Shown: piece after piece, positions 63,288 through 64,000 of the stretch
How positions within the stretch are numbered: the first letter of the stretch is position 1
How the letters are laid out: each line of letters opens with the position of its first letter
Assembly: GCA_016219115.1 (NCBI GenBank)
Contig: JACRCH010000053.1
Location: 7,322-71,321, forward strand
Reading direction: 5' to 3'
Source: Deltaproteobacteria bacterium
GTDB lineage: Bacteria > Desulfobacterota > GWC2-55-46
DNA: 64,000 bases
The notes under the pieces: generated by a model
The model's database searches: none
What the model was told of the DNA's origin: nothing
What the model saw: only the letters and a program-made list of their open reading frames with translations
Program-made: the position numbers and the translations under genes

Positions 63288-64000
63288 TCAGAGCCTGACT
63301 GCGGAAGAAGCCCATGTAAGGCCGCCGCCGAAGGATACAAAGAGTATTATATCCCCGCCCTTCACCCTCCCGTCCCTCACCGCCTCATCGAGCGCGAGAG
63401 GGATGGAGCCGGCGGATGTGTTGCCGTACCTGTCAAGGTTCGTATATACCTTGTCGTCAGGGAGCTTGAGTCTGTCCCTGATGGCGTTTATGATCCTTAA
63501 GTTGGCCTGGTGAGGGATAAGAAGGCTTATGTCCTCCGGGGTAAGCCCGTTTGTCTCCATAGCCTCGCCTATGGCCTGGCCCATAGTCCTTACGGCAATC
63601 TTGAAGGTCTCGTTGCCGTTCATCTTCAGGTAACGGGATGAGATATGCTTCTCTTCAAAGGGGCTTGGAGGGCACGGGCTATCGGCGTACAGCATCTCCC
63701 AGTGGCGCCCGTCCGAGTGTATGTGGCAGGAGAGCACCCCTTTAGTCCCTTTCTCCGCGGAAAGCACCACTGCCCCGGCGCCGTCGCCGAAAAGGACGCA
63801 GGTGCTCCTGTCCTTCCAGTCCACGATCCTGGAGAACCTGTCTACCCCTATGACGAGGGCCTTGGCTGCCGCGCCGGTCCTTATGTACCTGTCGGCCACA
63901 TCGAGGGCGTAGAGAAAACCGGAGCACGCCGCCGACACATCGAAGGCCGCGGCCCCGCTCTTTATTCCAAGCTGGGATTGCACGAAACAGGCCGTAGACG
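63288..64000 (-). CDS. fabH: 3-oxoacyl-ACP synthase III (C-terminal about 237 codons; the 5' end lies beyond the window)
   Basis: Active-site Cys context AACSGF, HQANLRII, and GNTSAGSIPLAL. The reading frame stays open to the window edge. Confidence 0.9.
   Translation of the reverse strand, partial: STACFVQSQLGIKSGAAAFDVSAACSGFLYALDVADRYIRTGAAAKALVIGVDRFSRIVDWKDRSTCVLFGDGAGAVVLSAEKGTKGVLSCHIHSDGRHWEMLYADSPCPPSPFEEKHISSRYLKMNGNETFKIAVRTMGQAIGEAMETNGLTPEDISLLIPHQANLRIINAIRDRLKLPDDKVYTNLDRYGNTSAGSIPLALDEAVRDGRVKGGDIILFVSFGGGLTWASSAVRL

Overview
A moderately GC-rich bacterial chromosome segment. The lineage cannot be set without a database search; the fabH-fabD-fabG-acpP-fabF-rpiB-glyA order and the sigma-54-driven flagellar layout are reminiscent of deltaproteobacteria-like or Nitrospirae-like organisms. 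(1) Positions 1-31.9 kb are one large minus-strand flagellar and chemotaxis regulon. It runs from a sigma-54 enhancer-binding response regulator, through an AMIN/TPR protein with a histidine kinase and second sigma-54 response regulator, to flgBC-fliEFGHIJ, a ylxF-like gene, fliK-flgDE, fliLMNOPQR-flhBAFG-fliA, and finally a HEAT-repeat protein with cheR, cheY and a partial receiver gene. Four near-consensus sigma-54 promoters and one near-consensus sigma-28 promoter can be read directly, so the transcriptional hierarchy is visible in the DNA. (2) Positions 32-38.5 kb carry an aminopeptidase, YjbQ, a flavodiiron protein and a HlyD/ABC/ABC-2 exporter. (3) Positions 39-45.7 kb hold a four-gene synthase-type exopolysaccharide locus with unusual fusions: an ATP-grasp ligase, a TPR-beta-barrel, a TPR-TM-PIG-L deacetylase, and a GT2 synthase fused to a glycoside-hydrolase-like domain. 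(4) Positions 46-49.8 kb hold a hypothetical gene, tRNA-Gly(CCC) and a more AT-rich GGDEF-EAL islet that ends at a tRNA-like fragment. (5) Positions 49.8-56.6 kb carry an aldehyde dehydrogenase, a ferritin-like protein, a 9-Cys miniprotein, a class-III aminotransferase and a PAP2-ArnT-like fusion. (6) Positions 57-64 kb carry glyA, rpiB and the fab/acp cluster. The most unusual non-genic signal is that at least 10 intergenic gaps are filled by three related families of modular GC-rich hairpin repeats (MITE/BIME-like). These include a nested insertion, one copy that supplies the last codons of fabD, and one copy inside the flagellar operon. No transposase, CRISPR array or recognisable defence system is present.
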